Below, one piece after another: positions 1 through 10,336 of a stretch of 42,370 nucleotides of DNA. The stretch's first letter is position 1, and the number at the start of each line of letters is the position of its first letter. Origin of the DNA: Deltaproteobacteria bacterium RBG_16_44_11 (GTDB taxonomy: Bacteria; Desulfobacterota; Syntrophia; Syntrophales; Smithellaceae). The DNA lies in NCBI GenBank assembly GCA_001797845.1, contig MGQN01000014.1:40896-83265 (forward strand), in the 5' to 3' direction. Below the pieces are notes generated by a model. It made no database searches and had not been told where the DNA came from. It worked only from the letters and a program-made list of their open reading frames with translations. The position numbers were made by a program, and so were the translations under genes.

Positions 1-2823
1 CCTTATACTAAGAAGCAAATCTTCGGGACGGTATGGCTTGTTCAGAAATCCTGCTGCCCCTGCTTGAATTAAATCTTCTATTTGCTGGGAAGTGGAATAG
101 CCGCTGGTCATTATAACTTTAGCCCGGTAATTTATTATCAGCAAATCAGAAAGGCATTTTTTCCCGCCTTTGCCGGGCATATTTAAGTCAAGAAGAACCA
201 GTTTAATTTTATTTTTTTGAGAAGAATAAACCTCTAAAGCCTGTTCGGCGCTGTCCGCTGTTAGTACTTTATAACCATAAGAACTTAACGTTTCTTTAAC
301 TGTTTCTAAAATACTGTTTTCATCGTCAACTACAAGTAATTTTTCCTTACCACGTGGTATTTTCAAAGGCCGTTCAGCGATTTTTTGCGGCATTATCTGA
401 GAAGATGCAGCCGGCAATGTAATTGTAAAAGTAGTCCCGTTGTTAAGTTCGCTGTCACAGAAAATAAAGCCATTATGACTTTCTACAATACCATGAACAA
501 CGGAAAGGCCAAGCCCGGTGCCTTTCCCCGCTTCCTTAGTGGTAAAAAATGGCTCAAAGATGTGCTGCATTAAATCTTTTTCCATACCGCAGCCCGTATC
601 GGAAACGGACATCTGAACATAATTACCTGCGGGAACATTTGAACCGGAAATAGAAGTGTTTTCCTCTAAAATAAGGTTATTTGTGCTTATGGTTATATTT
701 CCGTTATCACCCAAGGCGTCGCGCGCGTTAATGACCAGATTCATGACAATTTGCCCTATCTGGTTGGAATCGGCGGTGATGGGTAAAATATTCTCAACCA
801 GATTTGTTTGGACATTAATCATTTTGGAGATGGATTTTGTAAATAGATTATACATATTTTTGATTTCTTCGTTGATATTGACAACTTTAGATGAAGAATC
901 AGCTTTTCTACCAAAAAGAAGCAATTGTCCGACCAACTCTCTGGAGCGAAGGATTAGTTCTCGGATGTTTTTAAGATAGGACATTTCTGCGTCACTAGAA
1001 GCTCTTCCGGAAATCATTATCTGGTTGTAACCCATAATGGCCTGAATAATGTTGTTGAAATCGTGGGCGACGCCGCCGGTGAGGGTGCCCATTGCCTCCA
1101 TTTTAGAAGCTTGTAGAAGTTGCGCTTCCATACTGCGCAATCGGGTAATATCTTTGAGCGTGCCGACAATGCCGATGACGTTTCCTTCCGCGTCTAAGTC
1201 CGGAGCGCCGGTAAAAGTTACATAACGCGGCAATCCTTTTTTGTTCAAGAAAATGAAGTTTTTATCTCTTACTGTTAATTTATCGTTTATGATATTTAGA
1301 AATACTTCACGAAATACCGCGCGCTCTTCTTCACGTATAAAATCAGAAAGGTGGCTATTGATTATTTCTTCGGTATCGTGGCCTAAAATATCTTCCCAGG
1401 ACGTATTAACGTAAGAAAGTTTCCCCTCGTTATCCATTTGATAAATAATATCGGGTGAATTGTCGCTTAAATTGCGGAAGCGTTCTTCGCTTTGCTTGAT
1501 TTTTTTATGAGCCAGAGCATTATTTAAACTGATACCGATTTGTTGGGCGATACCTGTGAGTAAACTCAAATCGCTTTGTGTGACGGATGTTTCAATTTTA
1601 CTTCTATCAACGGCAATAATACCTTCGGATTTATTTTCGTAAACTATCGGTACGCAAATGAAACCTTTAACATCTATCTCTTTTATAAATTTTGTGCTTC
1701 TTTCAGAAAGAAAGTTTTCAATATCTTTAGCGTTATTGATAAGAAATGGTTTTTGGTTATGGTAGGCTAAATAAAAAATGCCTTTAGACTGAGGATTATT
1801 AAGACTAAAAGTAATGTTTTTTAAGAGAACTTCTTCATGGGGTGTGTAACCGTAACCTGCTGTATAAATGAGTTTTGTTTTTTCCGGATTGGCGAGCATG
1901 ATCATACCGCGTCTGAATTGCAGGCGTTTTTGAAGGGCATCCGTTATAAATTTTAAAAGCTCTTGAGGATCTAAAATTCTAGAAGTTGCTTCACCAATTT
2001 CTTTCACTAAATTTAATTCGTTATACCTGAGATTGAATTGATTTATTAATTGCTCGGCAACATTTTGCTGATTTACTATTGATTTATTTAAATCTTTATT
2101 TGCAAGAAGTTGAGATATTAAAACACTGGTTACTGATATTAAAGAAAAAGTTAGCAGGTAAATAATCCATGATTTAAATGACACAAATAACATTAATATT
2201 AATAGAACAATTGCGCCAAATAATAATGAATATCTGCCTACTAATTTCCAGATGATTGCCGGTGTTATTTTCCAGCTTACTATATATCTGCAGAGCGAAC
2301 TTCCTTTGTGAATGCATTCATTGTGTTCTACTTTTGAGTATTCGTCAGTAAAAAATTTTGCTAAAGCTTCAAACAATCCAATTCTGTTTTCACATTGAAA
2401 AGGTTTTTCAGTTACGCCTTTTGCAAGAGTGGTTGTTATTTCAATTTTATTTGACGCAATGTAATTGATCTTCATGGATATGTGTTTGCTTAGAGTAGCG
2501 CTTATCTTTCCACACATCCAATAAGCAACGGAAGGTGTAACAAATGCTGCGGCGTATTGTCTTAGTATACTAGAAGATTTTGATTGGACAGAAAAACGTC
2601 CTGCTTCGCGAGCAATGCTAGGATTTCCTGTATACTTTGCTAAAAAATCATGAAATCTCTCTATTTGTTTTTGAGTAAACCAGTGTCCCCGATCCGCAAT
2701 TTCATAAGGGGCAATACTTGAATAATCCAATAATCTGTTAATATCTATATTAGGATATCTTTCTTCTAGTAAATCTATGTATATTTTTAGGACTGTACTG
2801 TTATAAAGAGGAACATTTTCCAT
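1..2823 (-). CDS. Hybrid sensor histidine kinase (V4R-like sensor, 2 TM, GAF-like, PAS, HisKA, HATPase_c, receiver). The 3' end runs off the window.
   Basis: Absent from the ORF track because there is no stop in the window. My minus-strand translation from ATG 2823..2821 stays open to nt 1 (941 codons). Motifs read: MENVPLYNSTVLKIY..., HNECIHKGSSLCRYIV (V4R-like E-x-C...G...C ending), a hydrophobic pair of TM segments, H-box GGVAHDFNN, SDTGCGM and GTGLGLS (ATPase), and LLVVDDE...LLDLNMPG (receiver). The ATG lies 2 nt after the stop of the upstream gene. Confidence 0.85.
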   Translation of the reverse strand, partial: MENVPLYNSTVLKIYIDLLEERYPNIDINRLLDYSSIAPYEIADRGHWFTQKQIERFHDFLAKYTGNPSIAREAGRFSVQSKSSSILRQYAAAFVTPSVAYWMCGKISATLSKHISMKINYIASNKIEITTTLAKGVTEKPFQCENRIGLFEALAKFFTDEYSKVEHNECIHKGSSLCRYIVSWKITPAIIWKLVGRYSLLFGAIVLLILMLFVSFKSWIIYLLTFSLISVTSVLISQLLANKDLNKSIVNQQNVAEQLINQFNLRYNELNLVKEIGEATSRILDPQELLKFITDALQKRLQFRRGMIMLANPEKTKLIYTAGYGYTPHEEVLLKNITFSLNNPQSKGIFYLAYHNQKPFLINNAKDIENFLSERSTKFIKEIDVKGFICVPIVYENKSEGIIAVDRSKIETSVTQSDLSLLTGIAQQIGISLNNALAHKKIKQSEERFRNLSDNSPDIIYQMDNEGKLSYVNTSWEDILGHDTEEIINSHLSDFIREEERAVFREVFLNIINDKLTVRDKNFIFLNKKGLPRYVTFTGAPDLDAEGNVIGIVGTLKDITRLRSMEAQLLQASKMEAMGTLTGGVAHDFNNIIQAIMGYNQIMISGRASSDAEMSYLKNIRELILRSRELVGQLLLFGRKADSSSKVVNINEEIKNMYNLFTKSISKMINVQTNLVENILPITADSNQIGQIVMNLVINARDALGDNGNITISTNNLILEENTSISGSNVPAGNYVQMSVSDTGCGMEKDLMQHIFEPFFTTKEAGKGTGLGLSVVHGIVESHNGFIFCDSELNNGTTFTITLPAASSQIMPQKIAERPLKIPRGKEKLLVVDDENSILETVKETLSSYGYKVLTADSAEQALEVYSSQKNKIKLVLLDLNMPGKGGKKCLSDLLIINYRAKVIMTSGYSTSQQIEDLIQAGAAGFLNKPYRPEDLLLSIR

Positions 2824-2825
2824 TT

Positions 2826-4895
2826 TTATTTTCCATTATTAAATTTCAATAAATTGTCCATGTAAGATAGGTATTCCTCAACGGCGTTGTATGTATCCAA
2901 AATCCATAAAGTATAAAGTTTTTCTTCTTGCATATGTTGCGAATGAAGATAATCGGATGGAAAAATAAGTAGTGGAATCTTTTCTTCAGTAAAAAAGCTA
3001 GATAAAATATTAACAGTATTTAAAAGTATATCCCATGAAAGTATGTTTTTATCCATAACAATAATTTTGAAACAGTTGAGTAGATCAGATAGATTAAGTC
3101 CCATATCCGATTGGTTGACAACAAAAAAAGCTACTTGTTTTTCTTTGTAATACAAGCAGTAAGTTCGGTAATCTCTTTTAAAACCTGCATCAGCAAAAGA
3201 TTTTTTTATTGAATCTGACGGATACTCTAGACCCAGGGCTCTAGTTAATAAGCCCCCGGATGATGATTTATAAAATTCACTTAATTTATTCAAATCAGTA
3301 AAGGTACAATCTTTTAATTGCCAATCATTAGGAAGCAATTCTTTTGATATTATTTTTTTAAAGAGAAAATAAGAAAATGTGTCCAGAGAACTTTTTTTTA
3401 GATCGTTCAAATTTCGTGTGAATCTGCCGAAGATGCGGTCAACAACTCTGTTTTCGGGGCGGTAATAGGTCATAACATGAGACATCTCTGCTGATGGTAA
3501 ACGATTATAAGAACGAATAAATTGATTTATTTGTTTTAAAACAGAATTGCCAGGCAAACGGTTACCCATCCTTCTGGCTGAAAAGTGATGGATTAACCAG
3601 GAAGGTTTGTAGGCATGAACCATAGCAATATGTCCGTAAATCCTTCCATTATTTTCATAAATAAAGTGCCTCGCTATATCCGGATTATCTTGATACAATT
3701 TTTTATATGTTTCTTTGAAATTCTGACGATAAGAATAAAGGTGCTCATATTTTTCGCCGTAGATAAATCCGGTATCAAAAAAGAATTCCCATAACTCGTC
3801 AATAGCTACTGCTGTAGAAAAATTAACATAGCCGTCAGTATATATTCCAAGAATATGATTTAGCCGGGTGCATGATTTAATATCCATGTCGGCAATAGCA
3901 AGACCACATTGAACCCTGTTGATTTTTTGATCTTCTTGATTATAAACAACTTGTGCGGAACAATCCATTTTTATAATACCGGCATAAATTATAGATAGAT
4001 TGGGTATAATCAATCCAGGAATAAGAATTTCTTCTTCTATAGTGTCTCGTAATGATAAGCCCGAAGTGGAAACATCAAATATTTCTCTAATAATATTTTT
4101 CTGGAAAATAGGGTGGATAAAATTAATTGTTAAAGATGGAGCTATGCGTTCACGTGAACTACGCACATTTCTTTTAGGGAATAGAGCCATTTGTTTGTTA
4201 AGAGGTCGAAAAACTATTTTACCATCGGGTGAATTTATTCCGTTGCGTATTAAACGGCATGGACCGGAATAAAGCTTGACTCCATTTTGTGTCAGATTGA
4301 TTTCGACAGGATTATTTTCGTCAAATTTATTTATATTTGAATTTACGGATAATTTAATTCCCAAGGCGCTAGGTGTAAAGTCTATCAGCATGCCTTGTGC
4401 GTTAAAACCATCCTGAATTAATTCGCAGGAGATATCGTGACAGTAATGACGTCTTGTTTTGCGGGTTTTTAAAACTTGGCTTTTATCGGGCAGGGTTAAT
4501 TTCAGCAAATTGCCTTCCCTGCTTAATAAACGAACAGGGGATAATATAGCGGTAAGCCCATCATCAATCATTAAATAATCCAGATTATATTCGGTCATGT
4601 CCGGTAATTTGTCTTTAGGATCTAAACGGCAGATTAGTTCTTCTTTTACACACGGCTGAGGATAAGCTTTAATTAAGACATGCTTGCCGGTTTGTTGGTG
4701 GCGGCAAAGAATAAAAACATAACTGTCGATAAAATTAAGATGATTTAATTTGTTAACCAGCTTTTTTTGATCCCATGGCCGTTCTGTAGTGGTTGAGGAA
4801 AGGATTTCTTGGTGCTGAAAAATCCATGGCAGAGAATAATATGGCGTAATGTTCTGAGCAGGAGTAACCGCGATCTTTTGACTTTCTTCCTTCAA
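2826..4895 (-). CDS. Dual PilZ-domain protein (putative c-di-GMP receptor) with a large unassigned C-terminal module; PixB-like architecture
   Basis: 689-aa ORF with a TTG start at 4895 and GAGGAG 8 nt upstream. Two PilZ-like segments are present. The first is RKTRR...DFTPSALG, with a canonical RxxxR and a near-canonical second half. The second is RSSRER...DVSTSG, with an arginine cluster of off-by-one spacing and a perfect DxSxxG. About 24 aa separate the halves in each. Residues about 350-689 are not recognised. Confidence 0.7.
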   Translation of the reverse strand: MKEESQKIAVTPAQNITPYYSLPWIFQHQEILSSTTTERPWDQKKLVNKLNHLNFIDSYVFILCRHQQTGKHVLIKAYPQPCVKEELICRLDPKDKLPDMTEYNLDYLMIDDGLTAILSPVRLLSREGNLLKLTLPDKSQVLKTRKTRRHYCHDISCELIQDGFNAQGMLIDFTPSALGIKLSVNSNINKFDENNPVEINLTQNGVKLYSGPCRLIRNGINSPDGKIVFRPLNKQMALFPKRNVRSSRERIAPSLTINFIHPIFQKNIIREIFDVSTSGLSLRDTIEEEILIPGLIIPNLSIIYAGIIKMDCSAQVVYNQEDQKINRVQCGLAIADMDIKSCTRLNHILGIYTDGYVNFSTAVAIDELWEFFFDTGFIYGEKYEHLYSYRQNFKETYKKLYQDNPDIARHFIYENNGRIYGHIAMVHAYKPSWLIHHFSARRMGNRLPGNSVLKQINQFIRSYNRLPSAEMSHVMTYYRPENRVVDRIFGRFTRNLNDLKKSSLDTFSYFLFKKIISKELLPNDWQLKDCTFTDLNKLSEFYKSSSGGLLTRALGLEYPSDSIKKSFADAGFKRDYRTYCLYYKEKQVAFFVVNQSDMGLNLSDLLNCFKIIVMDKNILSWDILLNTVNILSSFFTEEKIPLLIFPSDYLHSQHMQEEKLYTLWILDTYNAVEEYLSYMDNLLKFNNGK

Positions 4896-4976
4896 AACAT
4901 TATCTCCTCTATATCAAAAAAAGATAACAAGGTAAGATTAACTGTTTTTACGGTTTACAATCTTAAAATGCATTGA

Positions 4977-5006
4977 ATTATAACAGCTTTTTGGTATTAT
5001 TGTCAA
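4977..5006 (-). promoter_or_regulatory. Sigma70-type promoter for the PilZ-kinase operon (TTGACA-N18-TATAAT)
   Basis: The minus strand reads TTGACA (5006..5001), an 18-nt spacer, then TATAAT (4982..4977), about 80 nt upstream of the TTG start at 4895. Confidence 0.55.
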
Positions 5007-5172
5007 CGAAAAATTTATTTTTTTATAAAATTATTTTTCAGGAATCCTTCAAAAATAAAGAAACGGGTCTTGAAAAATATTGCGCTTGATTATTGCTCTT
5101 GTGGTTTTAATACAAATTTGTCATGATAAACAAAAAATTTATGGCAAAGGCCTTTCGGCCGGGGAGGAAATT

Positions 5173-5919
5173 ATGACGGTCAGAATCAAATATTTTCTGG
5201 CAATGATCGTTTTTACGAGTTTAACTATATTTATTGGTTGTACCAGCTACGAAAGGCAAGTTGTACCATTCAAAATGCCCGAGAGCAGTCCCAACGCGGT
5301 TAATGTTGATGGCGCTATAATTGCCGCCAGAAGTTTTATCAATCCAGCGGAAGCAAAAGAATCCTTTGGTTTTGATATTCGTTCGGCGGGACTTCTTCCC
5401 GTGCAAGTGGCTTTTGATAATAAAAGCCAACATCCCCTGGTTATTATTGCTGAGCAAACTTTTCTCATTGATGACGAAAGCAATGTCTGGCCGATATTAG
5501 ATCAAAGTCTTGCTTATGACCGCCTGTCGAAGAAAACCGAATTGGGCAGAGTAATGCCGGAAGCGGCAAAGGGAGGACTACTACTGGGAGCCGCAGGAGC
5601 GGTAATCGGCGCGGCAATCGGCATTGTTACGGGGACAAACGTGGGTGAAGCTGTGGGAAAAGGCGCCGCTATCGGAGCGGCGGCCGGTCTGGTAGGCGGC
5701 GGAGCTTACGGTGCCGGACAACATTATGATGATGTGCAAGGTAAAATTAGACATGATTTACAGCAAAGATCACTGCAATACCGGGCGATAAAACCCCATG
5801 AATTAGCTTACGGATTCATTTTTTATCCGGGCGAAGCAAAGTCAGCCAAAGTGTTACGCCTGCAAATCAAAGAGACAGATACAGGGAAAATATCGACATT
5901 TAATATGAAATTAAAATAG
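5173..5919 (+). CDS. Lipoprotein with a Gly/Ala-rich glycine-zipper segment
   Basis: ATG 5173 is preceded by GGAGG (5163..5167). The N-terminus MTVRIKYFLAMIVFTSLTIFIGC looks like a lipoprotein signal with a lipobox-like FIGC. An internal GGLLLGAAGAVIGAAIGIVTG...GAAIGAAAGLVGGGAYGAG glycine zipper is present. The ORF-track start at 5080 lacks an SD. Confidence 0.6.
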   Translation: MTVRIKYFLAMIVFTSLTIFIGCTSYERQVVPFKMPESSPNAVNVDGAIIAARSFINPAEAKESFGFDIRSAGLLPVQVAFDNKSQHPLVIIAEQTFLIDDESNVWPILDQSLAYDRLSKKTELGRVMPEAAKGGLLLGAAGAVIGAAIGIVTGTNVGEAVGKGAAIGAAAGLVGGGAYGAGQHYDDVQGKIRHDLQQRSLQYRAIKPHELAYGFIFYPGEAKSAKVLRLQIKETDTGKISTFNMKLK

Positions 5920-5994
5920 TGGATGGTTGCGCTTTTATGATTTAATGTTTAGACTTATTTTAAGCCAGAAGCAGGAGGCGCTTTTCACCAATAA

Positions 5995-7593
5995 ATGAAA
6001 GAAATCATTATCGCTATCAGCGGAATAATTTTATTTCTTATCGGCATGCTTCGACTTTCTTCATCCGTGCAGAGTTTAATAAATATTCGTATAAAACAAT
6101 ACGTCAAATATATCGTGGAAAAACCTGCTTACGGTCTTTTTGCGGGCATAATTTCGACAATATTATTCCAAAGTTCGTCCGCGTCCACGGCGCTTACGAT
6201 TGGATTAGTGAGCGCGGGACTAATCAGCTTCTCCAATTCACTGGCTATTATCTTAGGCACTGACATCGGTACGACCTTAACCGTGCAATTCGTGATTTGG
6301 CGCTTCACGGAAGTATCACCATTTATTATTTCCGCGGGCGGCCTCTTATGGTTAATCGGCAGAGGAAGATGGCAGGTTATAGGGGAGATGATTTTTTATT
6401 TTGGCCTGATATTTTTTGGTTTGGAACTCGTGAGTCAAGCTGTAACTCCTCTTAAAAATTCACCGGCACTTTTACAGCTATTAACACAGGTCCAAAATCC
6501 CTTTATTGGTATATTGATCGGGATTGTTGTCACCGCCTTTGTTCATGCTGCGGCTATTCCCATCAGCATCATGGTAATTCTGGCGCAGCAGAATTTGGTA
6601 TCACTGGAAAATGCTGTTCCTGTAGTAATGGGAGCGAATATTGGCACGACAGTAACCGCGCTTTTGGCCGCGACAGTAGCAACAATAAGCGGTAAAAGAA
6701 GCGCGCTTTCGCATTTGATCTTTAAATGTATCGGTATTGGCCTGTGCTTTATTTTTTTACCCTATTTTATTATTATTTTAAAGAGCCTTTCTTCCAGCGT
6801 TGCTCAACAAATTGTTTTCGGGCACTTCTTAATAAATCTCGTTATTGTCATTATCTTTATTTTTATACTTCGGCCTTTCTCCTCTGTGATGAAAAAAGTG
6901 TTACCCGGAGAAGATGAAACTCTGTCTGTCTTGCCGGAATTTCTTGATCCTGCGGACATATTCAATCCACAAAAAGCGCTGGATGACGTCAAAGAGGAGC
7001 TCAAGCGGGAAATAAATTTTGTGCAAAAAATGTTCTTAAAAAGCATTAATATGATTACTTGTTATCAGAAGGGCAGACAAAAAGATATTTCGTATATAAA
7101 GATAGTCGTTAATAATTTACGCTCTCAAATAGTTAAATTCCTATGGAAAGTTTCCGCACAACAACTTTCTACTTACCTTTCAAAAAGGATATTTGCTTAT
7201 ACGGCTATGGCGAATGATATCGAAAGTATCGGCAGGCATGTTGTAAGTATTAGCGATTTGGCTGTTCAGAAAGCAGACAAGAAAATCAAATTTAGCCAGT
7301 GCGGTGAAAATGAATTGCAGGAGATAATATCACTGGTTGGCCAAAATTTTGAAGACGCTATTTCTCTTATCGAAGCCCCCAACATAGAACAAAAGAATAA
7401 GGTAATCTACCGTGAGGAAGAAGTAGATATTAAAGTAAAGGAAGCGCGGGATAATCATCTCGAAAGATTTCATAACCGGCTTTGTGATCCGGAAGCCGGG
7501 CCGATTTTTGTTGAAATGCTTATGCATTTGGAGCGTATTTCCGATCTTTGTGACAACATTGCTGAATATAATTGTGATATAATGGAAAAATAA
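5995..7593 (+). CDS. Na/Pi cotransporter family protein with a C-terminal PhoU-like domain
   Basis: 532 aa. It has a polytopic N-terminal half with repeated QSSSAST / GANIGTT-type motifs typical of Na_Pi_cotrans repeats. The C-terminal half is soluble and helical, ending ...HLERISDLCDNIAEY (PhoU-like). Confidence 0.85.
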   Translation: MKEIIIAISGIILFLIGMLRLSSSVQSLINIRIKQYVKYIVEKPAYGLFAGIISTILFQSSSASTALTIGLVSAGLISFSNSLAIILGTDIGTTLTVQFVIWRFTEVSPFIISAGGLLWLIGRGRWQVIGEMIFYFGLIFFGLELVSQAVTPLKNSPALLQLLTQVQNPFIGILIGIVVTAFVHAAAIPISIMVILAQQNLVSLENAVPVVMGANIGTTVTALLAATVATISGKRSALSHLIFKCIGIGLCFIFLPYFIIILKSLSSSVAQQIVFGHFLINLVIVIIFIFILRPFSSVMKKVLPGEDETLSVLPEFLDPADIFNPQKALDDVKEELKREINFVQKMFLKSINMITCYQKGRQKDISYIKIVVNNLRSQIVKFLWKVSAQQLSTYLSKRIFAYTAMANDIESIGRHVVSISDLAVQKADKKIKFSQCGENELQEIISLVGQNFEDAISLIEAPNIEQKNKVIYREEEVDIKVKEARDNHLERFHNRLCDPEAGPIFVEMLMHLERISDLCDNIAEYNCDIMEK

Positions 7594-7741
7594 TTTCTAA
7601 AGAATGCGCATAACCTGATGGTGGTGAGAATATTAAAATATAAAAACGTGTTGCTCTAACCTATAATATCTTCTATAATCAAAATTCAATAGCTCATTTC
7701 CGGCTAATAACTTGAATATCCGCTTAGAGGGAGACATTAAA

Positions 7742-8260
7742 ATGGACAAAAGAATAAACGCCTTAAAGTTTGCTTTGGAAAATGAACAAAAAGAGCGCGA
7801 ATTTTATATAACTAATTCACGAAAAACAAGAAATATGGCCGGTAAAAATATGTTCAAACAAATTGCCGATGAAGAGAAAGAACATTATGAAGTTTTAAAG
7901 AAGTTGCATGATAAATGGGAACAACAGAAAAAATGGCCAGCGACACTGCCGCTTAAAGTTAAAAAATCTTTGGCCGGCACTATTTTAAAATCAATGTCAG
8001 GTAAAAAGGCGGCACGTATTGCCGGGAACGATAATGATTTAAAAGCCATTCGAACAGCGATTGATTTTGAAGCGAGAGGGGTTGCGCTTTACACAAAGTT
8101 GGAAAAGGAAAGCACAGCTCCCAAAGAAAAAGCCTTTTTTAATTTAATTGCCAGTGTCGAGCGGGATCATCTCCTATCCCTGCGTGATACTGAAGAATTC
8201 CTGACGGATCCCGCCTCGTGGTATCAAAACATGGAAAAACCTATGTTGGATGGGGCTTGA
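7742..8260 (+). CDS. Ferritin-like / rubrerythrin-family diiron protein (no rubredoxin domain)
   Basis: ATG 7742 sits 8 nt after GAGGGAG. Two E-x-x-H motifs (EEKEH, ERDH) plus upstream glutamates sit in a four-helix-like layout. The ORF-track TTG at 7712 is less likely. Confidence 0.75.
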   Translation: MDKRINALKFALENEQKEREFYITNSRKTRNMAGKNMFKQIADEEKEHYEVLKKLHDKWEQQKKWPATLPLKVKKSLAGTILKSMSGKKAARIAGNDNDLKAIRTAIDFEARGVALYTKLEKESTAPKEKAFFNLIASVERDHLLSLRDTEEFLTDPASWYQNMEKPMLDGA

Positions 8261-8270
8261 TATCAGATAG

Positions 8271-10244
8271 TCAATCATTACCGCCGGATAGGTTATTTGT
8301 TGCGTCAATTTGTTCCAATTGTGAGTTAATTTCCGTCCAGAGATTATAAGAACGTTCTAATTCTAAATCAATATTTTTCAATTCTATTTGCAGCTCTTTG
8401 ATTTTCATTGGGTCTTTATGTGTGCGTGGATCGCATAGGGTGAGTTCATGATGGGCCTTTCTTGATTCAAGGGACTTTATTTTTTCTTCGATTGAGATTA
8501 ATTCATTTTTCCATCTGCTTTTGAGTTTAAATAGTTTGTTTCTTGCCTCTGCTTCGAGTCTTTTTCTCTCTTTGCTTTTGAATACCTGATCTTTCTCCAT
8601 AATTACCAGCGTGCCGTTCTCTTTGGATGGAAAAATTGTCGGGCCGCGCTTTTCAATGAAATAAGAATAATTGCCCATGTATTGGTTTATCGTTCCATCC
8701 TTTAATTCAAAGACCTTGTTGACGAGGCGGTCTAAAAAATAACGGTCGTGAGATACAATGGCTACCGTACCATGGTATTTAATAAGAGCTTCCTGAAAAA
8801 TATCTTTAGTTTTTAAATCGAGATGGTTTGTCGGTTCATCGAGGATAAGAAAGTTCGTATCGAGAAGCATAATTCTTAATAGAGCAAGGCGCGATTTTTC
8901 TCCGCCGGAAAGAACGGAAACTGGCTTGAAAATATCATCTCCCGAAAAGAGAAACGCGCCAAGTAAATTACGTTTCTCCTGATCGGTAGCTTGGGTGGAT
9001 ACGGTATTGACTTCTTCCCAAATTGTTTTGTCATAGTGTAAGTTTTCCGAACTTTCCTGTGAGAAAAAAGCCATTTTGACGTTATCGCCGTATTTTACGT
9101 TTCCTGTTGATGGTTTTTCTGAGAAGCTTAGTAATCGGGATACCGTTGATTTACCGGAACCGTTGACGCCGACAAAAGCCGCCTTATCGCCGCGATAGAG
9201 AGTAAAATTAAGGTCCGAAAAAACATTGAGTGTGCCGTAACTATGGCCGAGATTTATAGCTTTGACTACTTCTTTGGTGCTTTTTTTACCCTCCGGGAAT
9301 TTCATTATGACGCTTTTAGCTTTTGCTTCAAGTCTAACTGTCTGGAATTTCTCCAGCATTTTGATTCGGCTTTGAACTTGAGCGGCCTTTGTTGCCTTGT
9401 AGCGGAAACGTTCCACGAATGTTTCGATTTTTTTAATTTGCGCCTTTTGCAACTCCAACTCTTTTTTTAAAGCGGCGTTTCTTCTTTCATTTTCTTTAAT
9501 ATAGTAAGAGTAATTGCCCTTATATATATGAATATGGGAGGAAGATAGTTCCGCTATTTGTGAAACTATTTTATCGAGGAAAAAACGGTCGTGGGATATA
9601 ATAATTATTGTTCCCGGATAGTCTTTGAGATAACTTTCCAGCCATTCCATGCTTTCCGTGTCCAGATGATTGGTCGGTTCATCAAGGAGCATGATATCCG
9701 GACGAGATAGTAAAATGGATGTTAGGAGAATTCTCATTTTCCAGCCGCCGGAAAATAAGTCGCAATTTTGTGCGAAGTCGTCTTCGCGAAATCCAAATCC
9801 TTTGAGGATTTGCTTAGCTTTGGCCTCAAAAGTGTAGCCATCATGGGCGTTATAGTGTGCTAACGCATCGGAATATTTTTTGGAAAGATGGCTAAAGTCG
9901 GGAGTATTGTGTTTTGACTGTGAGATTTGTAGCTCCAGATCATGAATAGTATTTTCCAGTTCGGCAATACCGCTTTTCCTTTTGAGAAAATCAAGCAGGC
10001 TGATTGCTTCCAACTCAACTAAATCCTGTGGCAGATAGCCGATTGATATTTGTTTTCTGTTCGGAATATCAATGACGCCGGAATCCAGGTGAATTTGATC
10101 CAATATCGCCCGAAAGAGGGTCGTTTTCCCCGTGCCGTTGTCGCCCACAAGACCAATCCGGCTTTTGGGATGAATAATCCAGTTGATATCTTCAAAAAGC
10201 TTTTTGTCCAGAAAAGATAAACAGACATTGCGGAAATAGATCAC
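8271..10244 (-). CDS. ABC-F family ATPase (two ABC cassettes, C-terminal coiled coil; Uup/YheS-like translation-associated factor)
   Basis: Walker A GDNGTGKTT and GVNGSGKST. Signatures FSGGWKMR and LSGGEKSR. Walker B LLDEPTNHLD occurs twice. No TM domain. The probable GTG start at 10244 (AGGAG 6 nt upstream) gives the typical N-terminus VIYFRNVCLSF. The ORF-track start at 10301 adds 19 non-typical residues. Confidence 0.9.
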   Translation of the reverse strand: MIYFRNVCLSFLDKKLFEDINWIIHPKSRIGLVGDNGTGKTTLFRAILDQIHLDSGVIDIPNRKQISIGYLPQDLVELEAISLLDFLKRKSGIAELENTIHDLELQISQSKHNTPDFSHLSKKYSDALAHYNAHDGYTFEAKAKQILKGFGFREDDFAQNCDLFSGGWKMRILLTSILLSRPDIMLLDEPTNHLDTESMEWLESYLKDYPGTIIIISHDRFFLDKIVSQIAELSSSHIHIYKGNYSYYIKENERRNAALKKELELQKAQIKKIETFVERFRYKATKAAQVQSRIKMLEKFQTVRLEAKAKSVIMKFPEGKKSTKEVVKAINLGHSYGTLNVFSDLNFTLYRGDKAAFVGVNGSGKSTVSRLLSFSEKPSTGNVKYGDNVKMAFFSQESSENLHYDKTIWEEVNTVSTQATDQEKRNLLGAFLFSGDDIFKPVSVLSGGEKSRLALLRIMLLDTNFLILDEPTNHLDLKTKDIFQEALIKYHGTVAIVSHDRYFLDRLVNKVFELKDGTINQYMGNYSYFIEKRGPTIFPSKENGTLVIMEKDQVFKSKERKRLEAEARNKLFKLKSRWKNELISIEEKIKSLESRKAHHELTLCDPRTHKDPMKIKELQIELKNIDLELERSYNLWTEINSQLEQIDATNNLSGGND

Positions 10245-10336
10245 CTGCCACTCCTGTAAAGAAATCAACAGCTTTATAGAGAAAATACATGGAGCTGTCA
10301 ATTTTTAATATTCCTATAGTAAGAGGCCGGAAAGCG

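Noticed and set aside
5080-5172. N-terminal extension of the lipoprotein ORF (MRLIIALVVLIQ...)
   Set aside because: There is no SD. The internal ATG 5173 has GGAGG and yields a proper signal peptide and lipobox.
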